From positions 120,156,001-120,220,000 of the forward strand of contig NC_042999.1 in the NCBI RefSeq assembly GCF_006345805.1: a stretch of 64,000 nucleotides of DNA, in the 5' to 3' direction. Below, one piece after another: positions 63,055 to 64,000 of this stretch; position 1 is the first letter of the stretch, and every line of letters starts with the position of its first letter. The notes under the pieces are model-generated. The model searched no databases. It was not told the origin of the DNA and was given only the letters and a program-made list of their open reading frames with translations. Position numbers and translations under genes: made by a program. Source of the DNA: Octopus sinensis (taxonomy: Eukaryota).

Positions 63055-63357
63055 ATATATATGTATGTATGTGTGTATGTATGTACAACAGGTTTATTTC
63101 TGTCTTCAGTTTAAGAGCACTTAATCCATTCACATGGCTTTGGTCGTTCTGGGGTTGAATACAAAACACATGCTCAAGATATCACACAATATGACTCAAC
63201 TTTACGGCACACCCACGTCTCTCCCAGATATGTGTGTGCGTGTATGATTATGTATGCACATACTTCCATATATCTGTATACATATACATGGAGCAAAATT
63301 CTTATTTCAGAGTGATTAATTATATATATGTGTATATATGTATATATATGTATATAT

Positions 63358-63975
63358 ACGGCCACACCTCGAATATTGCTGCCCACTGTGGTCTCCCCAT
63401 ACAAGACAAAACATCTCCAGGATTGAGTCACCCTAGAGGGCACTCACTAAACGAATTTAAGGCATGGCTGCTCTCGATTATTGGGATCGCCTTAAAGCCT
63501 TGAAACTTTACTCTCTCCAGCGTCGCCGTGAGCGGTACATCATTTGTACGATGTGGAGAATATACCGCCAACTTTGCCCAAACGACCTTAACATTAGCTT
63601 CAAGGTTCATCCAAGACTGGGACCACGGGCCATACGTCCCCTGCCCAATTCAAGATCACATCATATATGTACACTGCAATATAATTCCTTTTCCTCAACA
63701 GGCCCTGCCCTATTTAACATTGTCCCGAGGGAGATCAAAGAGGAAAAGGATCCCATCAACTTTAAACGGAGTCTGGGCAGATTCCTTCAAAGAATTCCAG
63801 ATAAGCCACCCATAATTGGATACAACTCACCCAACAAGAACTCACTGCTTGAATGGACCATAAACAAAACTTGACTTAAACAGGATTCGAATAATCCTAT
63901 CAGGTGGTGCTATTAAGTTAGTCATGGCCTGGACAAATCTTTGGTCGAAACATATCTAAGTCTATCTAAGTTTAT
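63358..63975 (+). mobile_element. 3' fragment of a CR1/L2-group LINE related to 54425-57843
   Basis: PHLEYCCPLWSP..; ORF 63464..63874 LDYWDRLKALKLYSLQRRRERYIIC; same 3' UTR motif CAGGTGGTGCTATTAAGTTAG.CATGGCCTGG; ends in (TA)n. Confidence 0.9.
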
Positions 63976-64000
63976 ATATATATATATATATTATATATAT

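Overview
AT-rich, microsatellite-dense eukaryotic DNA, most likely an octopus (inferred from recurring octopus-type tRNA-derived SINEs and cephalopod-style LINE families). I found no host gene I can support, so this looks like intergenic or deep intronic sequence made mostly of retroelements. Contents: (i) a ~23 kb pile-up (14-37 kb) of R4/Dong-clade non-LTR elements bounded by (TAA)n-type trinucleotide tracts, including two full-length but broken copies of two families; (ii) a near-complete Neptune-type Penelope-like element (PLE) with two ~600 bp direct repeats; (iii) a CR1/L2-group LINE whose 5' end is fused to a truncated tRNA-Gly(TCC); (iv) Hero, mariner and Helitron remnants, SINEs and a 154 bp fold-back. 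The most interesting signal is invisible to the ORF track: six type I hammerhead-ribozyme-like motifs, identified by manual base-pairing only. One is fully canonical (8892-8936) and sits in a 345 bp highly structured, terminally redundant, ORF-less element. One lies in a 558 bp unit with 105 bp terminal redundancy. Three are in PLE repeats and share the non-canonical core CUGUUGA-A. One is decayed. Together they suggest an autonomous PLE plus non-autonomous retrozyme-like elements that sit in (TA)n tracts. Boundaries of old fragments are approximate.
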